DNA of 33,537 nt from Pseudomonadota bacterium (GTDB lineage: Bacteria > Bdellovibrionota > FAC87 > UBA2466): positions 1-33,537 of the forward strand of contig JAYUGC010000074.1 in the NCBI GenBank assembly GCA_043767805.1, given 5' to 3'. Under the pieces are notes generated by a model. It did no database searches. It saw only the letters and a list, made by a program, of their open reading frames with translations, and was not told where the DNA came from. The translations under genes and the position numbers were made by a program. Below are positions 8,096-18,042 of this stretch, piece by piece; positions within the stretch are counted from its first letter, which is position 1, and each line of letters opens with the position of its first letter.

Positions 8096-9274
8096 ATGGA
8101 AATCCAAAAACAAGGCACGGCCCACTCGGAAAATCGGCAGAAGGCAGTATCGGTAGCGCTAGACGCCATCGAAAAACAGTTTGGCAAAGGCGCCATCATG
8201 AAATTGGGCGACAAGGCCCTTTCCATGGACCTGGGAGTCATCCCCACGGGATCCATCTCTCTCGACTTGGCCCTCGGCATCGGCGGCTTGCCCCGCGGCC
8301 GAATCGTGGAAATCTACGGACCGGAATCTTCCGGTAAAACGACCATCGCTTTGAACACCGTCGCTCAAGCGCAGAAGCTCGGCGGCGTCGCGGCCTTCAT
8401 CGATGCCGAGCACGCGCTCGACGTGGTGTACGCAAAGAAGCTCGGCGTGAACACGGACGAGCTACTCATCTCGCAGCCGGACACCGGTGAACAAGCTTTG
8501 GAGATTTGCGAAATCCTCGTGCGCAGCGGCGGCGTGGACGTCATCGTCATCGACTCGGTCGCGGCCCTCGTGCCGCGCGCGGAGCTGGAAGGCGAGATGG
8601 GAGATAGCCACATGGGTCTCCAGGCGCGTCTCATGTCGCAAGCGCTTCGTAAACTGACGGGCTGCATTAGCAAATCCAAGACCTGCGTCATCTTCATCAA
8701 CCAGCTCCGCATGAAGATCGGCGTCATGTTCGGTAACCCCGAGACCACCACGGGCGGTAACGCTCTGAAATTCTACTCTTCCATCCGCCTCGATATCCGT
8801 CGCGTGTCGGCTCTGAAGAAGGGTGAGGAAGTCACCGGTAGCCGGACGCGCATCAAGGTCGTGAAGAACAAGATGGCGCCTCCGTTTAAGTCGGTGGAAT
8901 TCGACATGATCTTCGGAGAAGGCTTGTCCATGGAAGGCGAAGTCCTCGACTTGGCCTTGGCGCAGAACATCATCGACAAGAGCGGCGCTTGGTTTGCCTT
9001 CGAAGGCGAGAAGCTCGGACAGGGCCGTGAGAACACCCGGATTTTCCTCAAGGAAAACCCCCAGTTCGTCGATAAGTTGCGTAAGAAGATCGAAGAGAAA
9101 GTCGCCAAGGAAAACCCCCTGATGTTGGGGCGTTTGACTACGGCGAACGCGAGCGCTGAAGAAGCGGCGGACGACGAGGATGAGCTCGATGATAACGAGG
9201 GATCCAAAACTAACGCCGGAGAAAAAGCAGGCCGCGCTCCTGCAGCTCGAGGTAATTCTAAAAAAGGCCACTGA
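8096..9274 (+). CDS. recA: Recombinase RecA with a long acidic/basic C-terminal tail
   Basis: [52 protein letters not shown]. Confidence 0.99.
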   Translation: MEIQKQGTAHSENRQKAVSVALDAIEKQFGKGAIMKLGDKALSMDLGVIPTGSISLDLALGIGGLPRGRIVEIYGPESSGKTTIALNTVAQAQKLGGVAAFIDAEHALDVVYAKKLGVNTDELLISQPDTGEQALEICEILVRSGGVDVIVIDSVAALVPRAELEGEMGDSHMGLQARLMSQALRKLTGCISKSKTCVIFINQLRMKIGVMFGNPETTTGGNALKFYSSIRLDIRRVSALKKGEEVTGSRTRIKVVKNKMAPPFKSVEFDMIFGEGLSMEGEVLDLALAQNIIDKSGAWFAFEGEKLGQGRENTRIFLKENPQFVDKLRKKIEEKVAKENPLMLGRLTTANASAEEAADDEDELDDNEGSKTNAGEKAGRAPAARGNSKKGH

Positions 9275-10502
9275 AAAAGGGGCCTCCGATCTCCATTTAA
9301 AAGCCGGCCTTCCCCCGATCGTTCGGGTGAATGGCCGGCTTTACTATTTGGGCGATGACGCCGCCGATGACGTCTCTCGCCTGACCAATCCGCTCCTTTT
9401 CCAATTCGCTTATGCCCTCATGACCGAGCGCCAAGCCGAGCGCTATGAGAACGGCGAGGAAGTGGATCTCGGTTACGAAATCCCGGGAGCCGGGCGTTTC
9501 CGTATCAACCTCTGTCAGCAGCGCTCGAACCCGCGCTTGGTCTGCCGCTATATTCCCGACGTCATTCCGTCCTTCGACGAGCTCTGCTTGCCGTCGGTCG
9601 TGGGCGAGCTCGCGATGGTAAAACGCGGCCTCATTCTGGTTACGGGCGCGACGGGTAGCGGAAAGTCGACGACGCTTGCGGCCCTTATCGATCAAATTGC
9701 GAGAAACCGTTCCTGCCACATCGTCACCATTGAAGATCCCATCGAGTTCGTCTTCAAAGATCGTAAAAGCATCGTCACCCAGCGGGAAGTAGGCCTCGAT
9801 ACGAGAAGTTTCGTCGACGCTTTGAAGTACGCCCTTCGCCAAGATCCCGACGTGATTCTGGTGGGCGAGATGCGCGACTACGAAACGATTCACATGGCTT
9901 TGAACGCCGCGGAGACGGGTCACTTGGTGCTTTCCACTTTGCACACTGTGGATGCTCCCGAGACCATCAACCGCATTCTCGGCACCGTTCCGGGAGACGT
10001 TCAGCAGGCGGTGCGCTCGCAGCTCGCTTCCGTCATCGTCGGCGTCCTGTCCCAGCGCCTCCTTCGCCGCGCGGATGGCAAGGGCCGGATTCCCGCTCTG
10101 GAAATTTTGCTCAAGAACCAGCGCATCACCGACATGATTCTCGATCCGGCACGCACCAAAGATCTTCAGCGCGCCATCGGCGAGAGCCAAAGCTCGGGCA
10201 TGCAGACTTTCGATCAATCTCTCATGGGCCTCTTCCAGCAGGGCCGTATCACCAAGGAAGAAGCGCTCAACTACTGCTCCAACGTGCGTGATTTCCAGCT
10301 GCGTCTCGCGGGTATCGTGTCGGGAGACTGGCGCGAGAAGGAAGCGAGAGAGCAGCAGAAAGAAACAAGCCGCGCCGATCAGATCCAGCAAGTGCTCGAC
10401 TCCGAGAATGAAGAGCACAAGATCGAGATCGAAGGCCTCGCTACTGTTCCCGAGGAAACGGTCCTCGCGAAGCCCAAGGGCTTCTTCAAAGCGAAGAAAT
10501 AG
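9189..10502 (+). CDS. pilT: PilT/PilU-family type IV pilus retraction ATPase
   Basis: GASDLHL, Walker [53 protein letters not shown]. The likely start is ATG 9189 (GAGGA at 9176-9180). Confidence 0.92.
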   Translation: MITRDPKLTPEKKQAALLQLEVILKKATEKGASDLHLKAGLPPIVRVNGRLYYLGDDAADDVSRLTNPLLFQFAYALMTERQAERYENGEEVDLGYEIPGAGRFRINLCQQRSNPRLVCRYIPDVIPSFDELCLPSVVGELAMVKRGLILVTGATGSGKSTTLAALIDQIARNRSCHIVTIEDPIEFVFKDRKSIVTQREVGLDTRSFVDALKYALRQDPDVILVGEMRDYETIHMALNAAETGHLVLSTLHTVDAPETINRILGTVPGDVQQAVRSQLASVIVGVLSQRLLRRADGKGRIPALEILLKNQRITDMILDPARTKDLQRAIGESQSSGMQTFDQSLMGLFQQGRITKEEALNYCSNVRDFQLRLAGIVSGDWREKEAREQQKETSRADQIQQVLDSENEEHKIEIEGLATVPEETVLAKPKGFFKAKK

Positions 10503-11508
10503 AGTCGCCGACGCCCCGTTTGTAGAGAAAACCCACTTCGTCGACCACGTAACGGGGGACGAGGTAGCCGCTCAGCCGCGCCCTTAGGTCGTGATGGATT
10601 TGTAAGCCGCGCTCGCGCGAGACGTCGAAGTGCGCGGTTCCCGCCGCCCGATCGGGATGGTGGAGGTAGTAGGGAAGAATCCCAATCTCAAAAAGCTTTT
10701 CGCTGAGCTCCGCCAGGGTCTCGCGGCTGTCGTTTACGTCTTTGAGTAAAACCGACTGATTCAGCATCATCGCGGCGACTTGTTTTAGTCGCGAGCAAGC
10801 GGCCGAAGCTGCCTCGGTGATTTCCTTGCCGTGATTGAAATGAGTCACGAGCACCACTGGAAGGCGAGTCGAAGCGATGGCTCGCGCGAGGGCGTCCGTA
10901 ACTCGAGCCGGAAAGGTGACCGGTACTCGAGTGTGAATGCGCAAGCGCTTCACATGAGGGAGGGCGGCCAAAGCCGAAATGAGGTGCCGAAGCGTGAGGT
11001 CGGTCACCAAGAAGGGATCGCCTCCGGAGAGAATCACTTCTTCGACTTCGGGATGTTCGGCGAGATATCCCAAAGGCTCGGAAAAATCTCCTCCGAACAA
11101 GTCGGTCCGGAGCTCGTTCAAGAGGGACTTACGAAAACAGTAGCGGCAATAAAGCGAGCAATTGGGCGTCAGATGGAAAAGCGCGCGGCCCTGATAGCGG
11201 TGCGTGATACGCGGGGCCGGCTGGTGTTCCAAATCGGACAAAGGATCAGCCTTGAAACCCTCTACTTCGATGAGCTCCTCCAGGGCCGGAATGGCCTGAA
11301 GGCGGATGGGGCACTTGGGGTTCTTCGGATCGATGAGCTCCGCGTAGTAGCGCGGGAGGGAAAACTTGAACTTTTTCAGAACTCTATCGAGTCCGGCGGC
11401 CCTCTCTGGCGGTACCAGGCCGGCCTCCACCAGGTCTTCAGCCGAACGGAGGTTTCTCGCCCATTCCAGCTGCCAGGACGTTTCGGGGAGGGGGAGGGCC
11501 GGTTCCAT
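10486..11508 (-). CDS. KamA-family radical SAM protein, EpmB-like (short type)
   Basis: CSLYCRYCFRK, ILSGGDP, RIHTRVPV, NQSVLL, PYYLH, LSGYLVP. ATG 11508 is preferred over TTG 11526. Confidence 0.88.
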   Translation of the reverse strand: MEPALPLPETSWQLEWARNLRSAEDLVEAGLVPPERAAGLDRVLKKFKFSLPRYYAELIDPKNPKCPIRLQAIPALEELIEVEGFKADPLSDLEHQPAPRITHRYQGRALFHLTPNCSLYCRYCFRKSLLNELRTDLFGGDFSEPLGYLAEHPEVEEVILSGGDPFLVTDLTLRHLISALAALPHVKRLRIHTRVPVTFPARVTDALARAIASTRLPVVLVTHFNHGKEITEAASAACSRLKQVAAMMLNQSVLLKDVNDSRETLAELSEKLFEIGILPYYLHHPDRAAGTAHFDVSRERGLQIHHDLRARLSGYLVPRYVVDEVGFLYKRGVGDSISSL

Positions 11509-11578
11509 CCGCTGGGGGTACCACAAAACCGATTCCTAGTGTAGATTCCGTGCTTTGAAATTCCCCAAGGGGTAGTTC

Positions 11579-12955
11579 ATGACCGAGCAGAAAACACATC
11601 AAGGCGCCGCTCCCCAGCCCTACTCATATAAGTACACCACCGATTTTCGTGAGCCCGACTGGCGCCGCTTGCCGGGTTACAAAACCGTAACCGAAGCCGA
11701 ATGGAACGATGCCCTCTGGCAGCGCCGGAATATGGTGAAAAACGTTCCTCAGCTCAAAGCCGTGTTCGGCGATTTTCTGAACGACGAGCTCGCGAACGAC
11801 ATGCTCGCGGACCAGAAGCAGATGGCCACCATGGCCATGCTCATTCCGCCCCAGATGGTCAACACCATGAACGAAAAGGATCTCAAAAAAGATCCCATTC
11901 GCAATTACATGGCGCCGGTCCTTTCCGACCGCGAAAAAGTTTGGCCGAGCCATCCCATGGCGAGCCGGGACAGCCTTCACGAGCACGACATGTGGGCCGT
12001 CGAAGGGCTCACGCACCGCTACCCGACGAAAGTTCTCGCGGAAATTCTTTCAACCTGTCCCCAGTACTGCGGCCATTGCACCCGCATGGATCTAGTAGGC
12101 CAGAGCGTGCCTCAGGTCGATAAGCGGAAGTTCGCGACGGGACAAAAAGATCGTCTTCTCTTGATGCTCGATTATCTGAGAAAGACGCCCACCGTTCGGG
12201 ACGTCGTCGTTTCGGGGGGCGATATCGCCAATATGCCGGCGGCCGTTCTCGAAGAGTTCATCTCGAGCCTTCTCGACATCGAGAACATCCGGGACATCCG
12301 GTTGGCCAGTAAAGGCATGGCGGGCTTACCCCAGCATTTTCTCCAAGACGAAGTGCTCACGGCTTTCGACCGCATGGCGAAGAAAGCCATTTCTCGCGGG
12401 GTTTCCCTCGCGCTGCATACGCATATCAACCACGCGCAAAGCATCACGCCGCTCGTCGCGAAAGTCGCGCGTAAGCTTCTCGATATGGGCTTCCGTGATG
12501 TCCGTAACCAGGGCGTGTTGCTCAGAGGCGTGAACGATTCTCCGAAGCTTCTCCTGGATCTGTGTTTCAGGCTCATCGATCACGCGTGGATTACGCCGTA
12601 TTACTTCTACATGTGCGACATGATCCCGAACTCCGAGCATTGGCGCGTTTCGGTCGCCCGCGCTCAGAGTATTCAGCACGATATGATGGGCTACTTGCCC
12701 GGTTTTAATACCCCGCGCCTTCTGTGCGACGTGCCGTTCGTCGGTAAGCGCTGGGTCCACCAGATTCATTCTTACGATAAAGTGAAGGGCATCTCTTACT
12801 GGACGAAGAATTACCTGACCAGCATCGAGAAGGATCAGCCCGAGGCGCTCAACAAATTGTACGAGTACTACGATCCTATCGATACGCTCCCCTCCGAAGG
12901 CCAGGAATTCTGGCGCAAAGAGGGCGAGCGCTTCAAAAACGAGAAGAACCACTGA
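11579..12955 (+). CDS. kamA: Lysine 2,3-aminomutase-like radical SAM protein (long type)
   Basis: EGLTHRYPTKVL, CPQYCGHCTR, VVVSGGD, RNQGVLLRGVND, PYYFYMCD, DVPFVGK. Confidence 0.85.
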   Translation: MTEQKTHQGAAPQPYSYKYTTDFREPDWRRLPGYKTVTEAEWNDALWQRRNMVKNVPQLKAVFGDFLNDELANDMLADQKQMATMAMLIPPQMVNTMNEKDLKKDPIRNYMAPVLSDREKVWPSHPMASRDSLHEHDMWAVEGLTHRYPTKVLAEILSTCPQYCGHCTRMDLVGQSVPQVDKRKFATGQKDRLLLMLDYLRKTPTVRDVVVSGGDIANMPAAVLEEFISSLLDIENIRDIRLASKGMAGLPQHFLQDEVLTAFDRMAKKAISRGVSLALHTHINHAQSITPLVAKVARKLLDMGFRDVRNQGVLLRGVNDSPKLLLDLCFRLIDHAWITPYYFYMCDMIPNSEHWRVSVARAQSIQHDMMGYLPGFNTPRLLCDVPFVGKRWVHQIHSYDKVKGISYWTKNYLTSIEKDQPEALNKLYEYYDPIDTLPSEGQEFWRKEGERFKNEKNH

Positions 12956-13066
12956 GACGGTTGCTAGTTTCCGAACCACCCAACGGACACCGAGCCTTTC
13001 TCGGTGAACTACTATACTTGGGCGCAGGTCCACCCCGAGATCCAGTTTCAGTTTTTCCTGTGAGCC

Positions 13067-13098
13067 ATCTTAAAAGGTACCCTGGTACCTTTTAAGAT
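13067..13098. repeat. Perfect 15-bp inverted repeat with GGTACC cores
   Basis: ATCTTAAAAGGTACC-CT-GGTACCTTTTAAGAT at the 3' end of the pfk gene. Confidence 0.9.
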
Positions 13099-14195
13099 TA
13101 CGTGTCGCCGAAGTGGATGCCGCGTTTGCGCGCGGCTTCCATGAAGGGCGAGTCCGGCACGATGTAGCGGTTTTTGCCAGCGCCGGTGTCTAAAGGCACG
13201 AGCTCCACGTTGTCGTTGCGGTACGCCGTCATCGTGTCGAAGTTGCCTTCCATGACAGCTTTCACCGCGGCGACACCGAAGCGGCTCGCGAGCACGCGAT
13301 CGAAACCTTCGGGCGATCCGCCCCGGAGCAAATGGCCGAGGGTAATCGCGCGGCTCTCACGGCCCGTGAGCTTTTCGAGCTCCAGTGCCACGTGATTGCC
13401 GATACCGCCCAAGCGCACGGCTTCTGGTGAGTCCTCAATCATCCGGCTCACGACTTGAGCTCCGCCCACGGCTTTCGCGCCTTCGGAGACGACGACAATC
13501 GAGTAGCGTTTCTGCGTGTGATAGAGATCGTTCAAGTGCGCCGCGAGCTTCGTCAGCTCGAACGGAATCTCGGGGATGAGGATCGCGTCCGCGTCGCCGC
13601 CGAGACCCGCGAAAAGGCCAATCCAGCCCGCGTTGCGGCCCATGACTTCCACCACCATGATGCGGTGATGGCTCTCGGCCGTAGTGTGCAGCTTATCGAG
13701 CGCTTCCACCGCGGTTGCTACCGCCGTGAAAAACCCGATGGTGAACTCGGTGCCTTGTAAATCGTTGTCGATGGTCTTCGGAATACCGACGATATTGACG
13801 CCCTTTTGGACCATGGCGTGCGAGATGGCTTGCGTGCCGTCGCCACCGACCACGATCATGGCGTCGATGTGCTCGCGCTTCAGGTGCTCGACCACTTCGT
13901 CGGAGCGATCCTCGTAAGTCTTTTCTCCGTTCCGGATGATTGGCACCCGGAAGGGCGTGTCGACGTTCGAAGAGCCGAGCATCGTGCCGCCCTTTGAGAA
14001 AATTCCCGTCGTGTTGATAAGGTTCAGCGGAACGAACTTGTTCTCGAGAAGGCCTTTGAAGCCGTCCGGAACTCCCATCACTTGAATGCCGTATTCCTGA
14101 ATGGCGGTTTGCACCACCGCGCGGATGGCGGAGTTGAGGCCAGGGCAGTCGCCCCCGCCGGTTAGCAAGGCGATTTTCTTGATGGGTTTTTTCAT
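13098..14195 (-). CDS. pfkA: 6-phosphofructokinase, probably ATP-dependent
   Basis: TGGGDCPGLN, GGDGT, PKTIDND, EVMGR, LGHLLRGG. Confidence 0.93.
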   Translation of the reverse strand: MKKPIKKIALLTGGGDCPGLNSAIRAVVQTAIQEYGIQVMGVPDGFKGLLENKFVPLNLINTTGIFSKGGTMLGSSNVDTPFRVPIIRNGEKTYEDRSDEVVEHLKREHIDAMIVVGGDGTQAISHAMVQKGVNIVGIPKTIDNDLQGTEFTIGFFTAVATAVEALDKLHTTAESHHRIMVVEVMGRNAGWIGLFAGLGGDADAILIPEIPFELTKLAAHLNDLYHTQKRYSIVVVSEGAKAVGGAQVVSRMIEDSPEAVRLGGIGNHVALELEKLTGRESRAITLGHLLRGGSPEGFDRVLASRFGVAAVKAVMEGNFDTMTAYRNDNVELVPLDTGAGKNRYIVPDSPFMEAARKRGIHFGDT

Positions 14196-14200
14196 GATAG

Positions 14201-14539
14201 CTACTTCTTGAACTTGACCGCGAAGGCCTGCATCGCCTTCAAAAATCCGATTCGCTCGTAATGCACGTCGATAACGGCGTCGGCTTTCATTTGCTTGCCG
14301 CCGTCCTTCAACCGTTCCAAAGCCCCGTCGTACGTCCAGGCGCGCACTTTAACCTGGCCCAGGTAATCGAAGGGGCGGGCTAAGTTGCGGCTGGTCCAAA
14401 TGAGCTCAGGGGTCTTGGCTTCTTCGGCGTCGGAAACGAACGCCGTTTTCGGCGACTCGACGAGCTCGGTCTGGGCGCAGCCCGCACAGAGCAGAGCCAA
14501 CGCGACCGCCGTGGCCAAGAGCTTTGGGGATTGATTCAT
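14201..14539 (-). CDS. Small lipoprotein, YbjQ-like domain
   Basis: Lipobox-like CAGC; FDYLGQV...MKADAVIDV...AFAVKFK pattern. Confidence 0.7.
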   Translation of the reverse strand: MNQSPKLLATAVALALLCAGCAQTELVESPKTAFVSDAEEAKTPELIWTSRNLARPFDYLGQVKVRAWTYDGALERLKDGGKQMKADAVIDVHYERIGFLKAMQAFAVKFKK

Positions 14540-14666
14540 CTGCCCCGTTCATATCCTACGGAGCCCACCCCCTCAAGTCCCAACTCCGGTTCATTTGTGA
14601 CTGAGGGATCGGGGGGTTACAATGACTGGGACTACTTTAGTGGCGGTGCGCCAAAGGGGGCAATCA

Positions 14667-15818
14667 GTGTCGTTTTCTCTCTGGAATGATGAACAGGACC
14701 GGCCCATTCAGCATCTGCGCATCATCGATATGACGGTGATGCTCCCCGGGCCCTACCTGACCCGGGTGCTCTCCCAGTACGGCGCCGACGTCATCAAAAT
14801 CGAGGCGCTTCCCCACGGCGATCCCATGCGCGCCCTTCCAGACACCTCAATTTTCGAGCTTTTGAACCGGGGAAAGCGCTCCCTTGCCGTGAATTTGAAG
14901 AACGAAGAGGGAATTTCCCTCGTCCGCCAGCTGGCCGGGGAGGCCGACGTTTTCGTGGAGAATTTCCGCGAAGGGGTGCTCGATTCCATGGGCCTCGGGT
15001 ACTCCGACCTGTCCGAGGAAAACCCCGATTTACTCTATCTGTCCGTTCGGGGGCTCGCCGGAAAAAACTCGGTCCACGCGGGCCATGATCTCAACTTCAT
15101 CGCCCAGTCCGGGGTAGGGGAATGGTACCTGGAAAATGGGTCGCCCAACTACAGCACTCACTTTGGAGACATCGTGGGCGGCATGCTCATGCCGGCCTTG
15201 AAGCTGATGCTTCATCTCGCCAATCCCAATCGCCGCGGGATGCACCTCGTCTCGAATATGGACGAAGGCTTTCGTTCGCTTTACCTCGCCCGGGCCTACG
15301 ACGCCTTCAAGGCGGAAAGCATGCCGGACGAGGTGAAGAAGCGCTACGGCACTCACCGCAATTTCGACGGCTCCTTGCCGCACTCCCGCTTTTATCGTTG
15401 CCGCGACGGCCAATGGGTGTCGCTCAACGCGGTTCAGGACAAACACTGGATTGTGTTCTGTGAAGTCGTCGATCGGGAGGCCTGGAAGCCGCGCGGCACC
15501 GATCCGTCCCTCGTTCCGGAGATGGAAAAGCTCTTTCTCGACGCTCCGGCCGCTTATTGGGAAGCACTGGCCGGCACGCGTGAGCTTTGCCTCTTCCGCG
15601 TGGTCCCGTGGGAAGAGCACTTGAGCTTTTCTCAAGCGCGGCCTCAGCTCTCCACCGATCCGCTCACCTGGGGCGGCTTCGCGCCAAATCCGAACCTGGG
15701 CAAAACCCCCGCTCTCGGCGAGGACACTTACGCCGTGCTGCACTCCATGGGTCTCAGCAACAAAGAGATTTCCGATTGGGTGCAAGCCGGAGTTCTGTCC
15801 AACGTGAAACCTACATAA
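14667..15818 (+). CDS. CaiB/BaiF family III CoA-transferase or acyl-CoA racemase-like protein
   Basis: LPGP...GADVIKIE...GDPMR, NRGKRS, ADVFVENFR, GHDLN. The likely start is GTG 14667 after AGGGGG. Confidence 0.88.
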   Translation: MSFSLWNDEQDRPIQHLRIIDMTVMLPGPYLTRVLSQYGADVIKIEALPHGDPMRALPDTSIFELLNRGKRSLAVNLKNEEGISLVRQLAGEADVFVENFREGVLDSMGLGYSDLSEENPDLLYLSVRGLAGKNSVHAGHDLNFIAQSGVGEWYLENGSPNYSTHFGDIVGGMLMPALKLMLHLANPNRRGMHLVSNMDEGFRSLYLARAYDAFKAESMPDEVKKRYGTHRNFDGSLPHSRFYRCRDGQWVSLNAVQDKHWIVFCEVVDREAWKPRGTDPSLVPEMEKLFLDAPAAYWEALAGTRELCLFRVVPWEEHLSFSQARPQLSTDPLTWGGFAPNPNLGKTPALGEDTYAVLHSMGLSNKEISDWVQAGVLSNVKPT

Positions 15819-15825
15819 ATCCAAG

Positions 15826-15840
15826 CTATCACCGGCATAG
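15826..15840. promoter_or_regulatory. Putative LysR binding box (T-N11-A)
   Basis: CTAT-CACCGGC-ATAG dyad upstream of the dioxygenase, followed by an AT-rich tract containing TTGATT. Confidence 0.45.
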
Positions 15841-15901
15841 GATGCATTGATTTTATTTAATGCCCGGACTCCTTCATGTTGGAAGACATAACGGAGGATC
15901 C

Positions 15902-16576
15902 ATGACCGATACCAAACTGATTTCTAGACGAAAGCTCATCGCGGGAGCCGCGGGGATGCTGGCGACCGCTCAAGCGTTTGCGGCGGCTCAGTGCCAGCTC
16001 ACCCCTCGCCAGCAGGAAGGCCCTTACTATCCCGAAGCGGACCTAAATCGCGACAACGATTTGACCGTGATGAATCCCGCCCGGCCCGGCGCGGTCGGCC
16101 AGGTGATTTATCTCGGCGGTCTCGTGCTCGATCCGGAGTGCCGGCCGATACGGGATTCCGTCGTCGAGATTTGGCAAGCGGCGTCTACGGGACGCTATAA
16201 CCACTCTCAGGATCCCAATAAGGATTTGAAGCTCGATCCGAACTTCCAGTACTGGGGCCGCACCCGTACGGACACGAAGGGAGCTTATCTCTTCAAGACT
16301 GTCATCCCGGGCCATTATCCGACGAGCCCCAGCACGTTTCGGCCGCCCCACATTCACGTGAAGGTGCACGCGAGTGGTTTTCTGTCGCTGACGACGCAGA
16401 TCTATTTCGATCCGCGCTCCTACAACGACGCCAAGCTCGCGCAGATCGTCGATCGCTTGAATAAGCTCGAGTCGGTGTCGGCGGACCTGATCGTACTCTA
16501 TCGCCCCGCGGGTAAAGTGAACGAGCCTGCCGCCAAATCGGGCCGGTTCGACTTTACGATTCGGCCGAACGCTTAG
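15902..16576 (+). CDS. Intradiol ring-cleavage dioxygenase family protein with twin-arginine signal
   Basis: GGAGG RBS; SRRKLI signal; EGPYY, EIWQA..GRY, PGHY and RPPHIH iron-ligand motifs. Confidence 0.9.
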   Translation: MTDTKLISRRKLIAGAAGMLATAQAFAAAQCQLTPRQQEGPYYPEADLNRDNDLTVMNPARPGAVGQVIYLGGLVLDPECRPIRDSVVEIWQAASTGRYNHSQDPNKDLKLDPNFQYWGRTRTDTKGAYLFKTVIPGHYPTSPSTFRPPHIHVKVHASGFLSLTTQIYFDPRSYNDAKLAQIVDRLNKLESVSADLIVLYRPAGKVNEPAAKSGRFDFTIRPNA

Positions 16577-17447
16577 TGCAACAGATGTCCAGAATCCTCC
16601 GGGACAGCAAACGGCTGGCCTTGGAGGTCTGGGCATCGGCGCGATAGACGAGGCAGTGCGAATCGGCGAACTTCGGTCCCTTGTCTAGAGGCTTGATGCC
16701 GTAGGTATCGAGGCGGGTCGCGACGAGCGCCGGCAAAATGCCGATACCGGCGCCGGCGGCGACGAGCGACGCCACCACTTCTAGATTGGAAGAGGTGAGG
16801 ACGCGCGAGAACTCCAGTCCGTGTTTGGAGAGCTGGCGGAGTATCGACTGGGATTGCACCAAGTCCGGATCGCAAATGAGCACGGCGTGGCCGCCGGTGA
16901 GATCCTGGAGCTTAGAAGGTTTCTTCGAGGTCCATAGGGAAACCTCGTCTTTGCCGAGGGTCTTGATGACGAGATCGGGGTGCTTCCAGGGATTCACGAC
17001 GATGCCGAAGTCCGTCTTGAAGCTGATGACGTCTTCCGTGATCTTGCGGGACAGATCGTGGGTGAGCTTCAATTCGAGATTGGGATGCTCGCCAAGGAGC
17101 GCCGGGATGAGCTCTGGAAAAGAGTAAAGCGCTACGGAGGGGTGCGCGCCGATGACGTAGCGGCCGCGGATCTCGTCTTCTTCCTTGAGCGTGTCGTCTC
17201 GGAGCCGTTCCCATTCGTGCACTAGCTGACGGGCACGGCCCAGGAATTTCTGGCCGGCGTGGGTGAGCTTGACGCCCGACTTACTCCGGATGAGGAGCGC
17301 CGTTCCGAGCGAAGCTTCGAGCCGCTGAATCGCCAGGCTCAAAGTGGGCTGACTGATGCCTAAGCGCTCAGCCGCGCGCGACACATTGAGGGTATTGGAA
17401 ACCTCGATGAAATACAGGAGCTCGGAAGCTGAGGGAATGGTCGCCAT
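16554..17447 (-). CDS. LysR-family transcriptional regulator
   Basis: SRAAERLGISQPTLSLAIQRLE...LTHAG HTH; LVAAGAGIGILP. Confidence 0.95.
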   Translation of the reverse strand: MATIPSASELLYFIEVSNTLNVSRAAERLGISQPTLSLAIQRLEASLGTALLIRSKSGVKLTHAGQKFLGRARQLVHEWERLRDDTLKEEDEIRGRYVIGAHPSVALYSFPELIPALLGEHPNLELKLTHDLSRKITEDVISFKTDFGIVVNPWKHPDLVIKTLGKDEVSLWTSKKPSKLQDLTGGHAVLICDPDLVQSQSILRQLSKHGLEFSRVLTSSNLEVVASLVAAGAGIGILPALVATRLDTYGIKPLDKGPKFADSHCLVYRADAQTSKASRLLSRRILDICCTKRSAES

Positions 17448-17535
17448 GAGGTCTAGGTCTAGCCGAAAGCGGCGTCCTCAGCCACTATTTCCCATTCGGT
17501 CCTCACGGAGGCGGAGCTCCCGATTGAGAGGGCGT

Positions 17536-17976
17536 TCAGACCTCGAAAAAGTCGACGTTGAGGCAGACCATTTCCTCCTCGGAAACGGTCTCCTTCACTG
17601 CCTTGCGGGCGCCGTCGACTCCTTTCAAAATTTCTTCCCGCACCCGCTTGATGTCGTTTCGTGCCAATGTAAAAACGCCGGAGAAATGAATGTCGTCGGG
17701 AGCGACCCGATCCAGGGCAGCGAGCGCACGCATACGCCAGTTAGCGTGGTGGTAGTGGCTCATCAAGGAGTCGTTAGCGAGAAAAATACGGTTCGCTCCG
17801 TTTTTTAGCTTTGCGCCTTCCACTTTCACCAAACCCACGGACACCAGAAATTCCAAAATGGACTCGAGCTCCGTCGCGGAGATCCTTAATCTACGCGCCA
17901 GGCCCTCTCTCGTTTGAAGGGAGGGAAGGGTAACTCCCATGTGAGCGGCCGCGTACTTCCAGGACGAGTAGTAATT
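17536..17976 (-). pseudogene. C-terminal half of a DUF4423/TIGR02147-like protein
   Basis: The frame reads NYYSSWKYAAAHMG...LEFLVSVGLV...HHANWR...CLNVDFFEV. An in-frame TAA at 17977-17979 sits upstream and no N-terminal HTH is present. Confidence 0.7.
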
Positions 17977-18042
17977 TTATCTGGAGGGGCGGCAATGCTA
18001 TGCGCTACCTTCTTCCCTGTTGAAACAAACTTGGAGGCCCAT

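Noticed and set aside
12978..13022. Hairpin CACCGAG-CCTTT-CTCGGTG with flanking CCCAA/TTGGG as an ncRNA
   Set aside because: Short, and plausibly just a 3'-UTR stem of kamA.
13098..14195. Unusual PFK donor motif (GGDG with PKTIDND)
   Set aside because: This combination is known in a PFK subgroup and is not novel.
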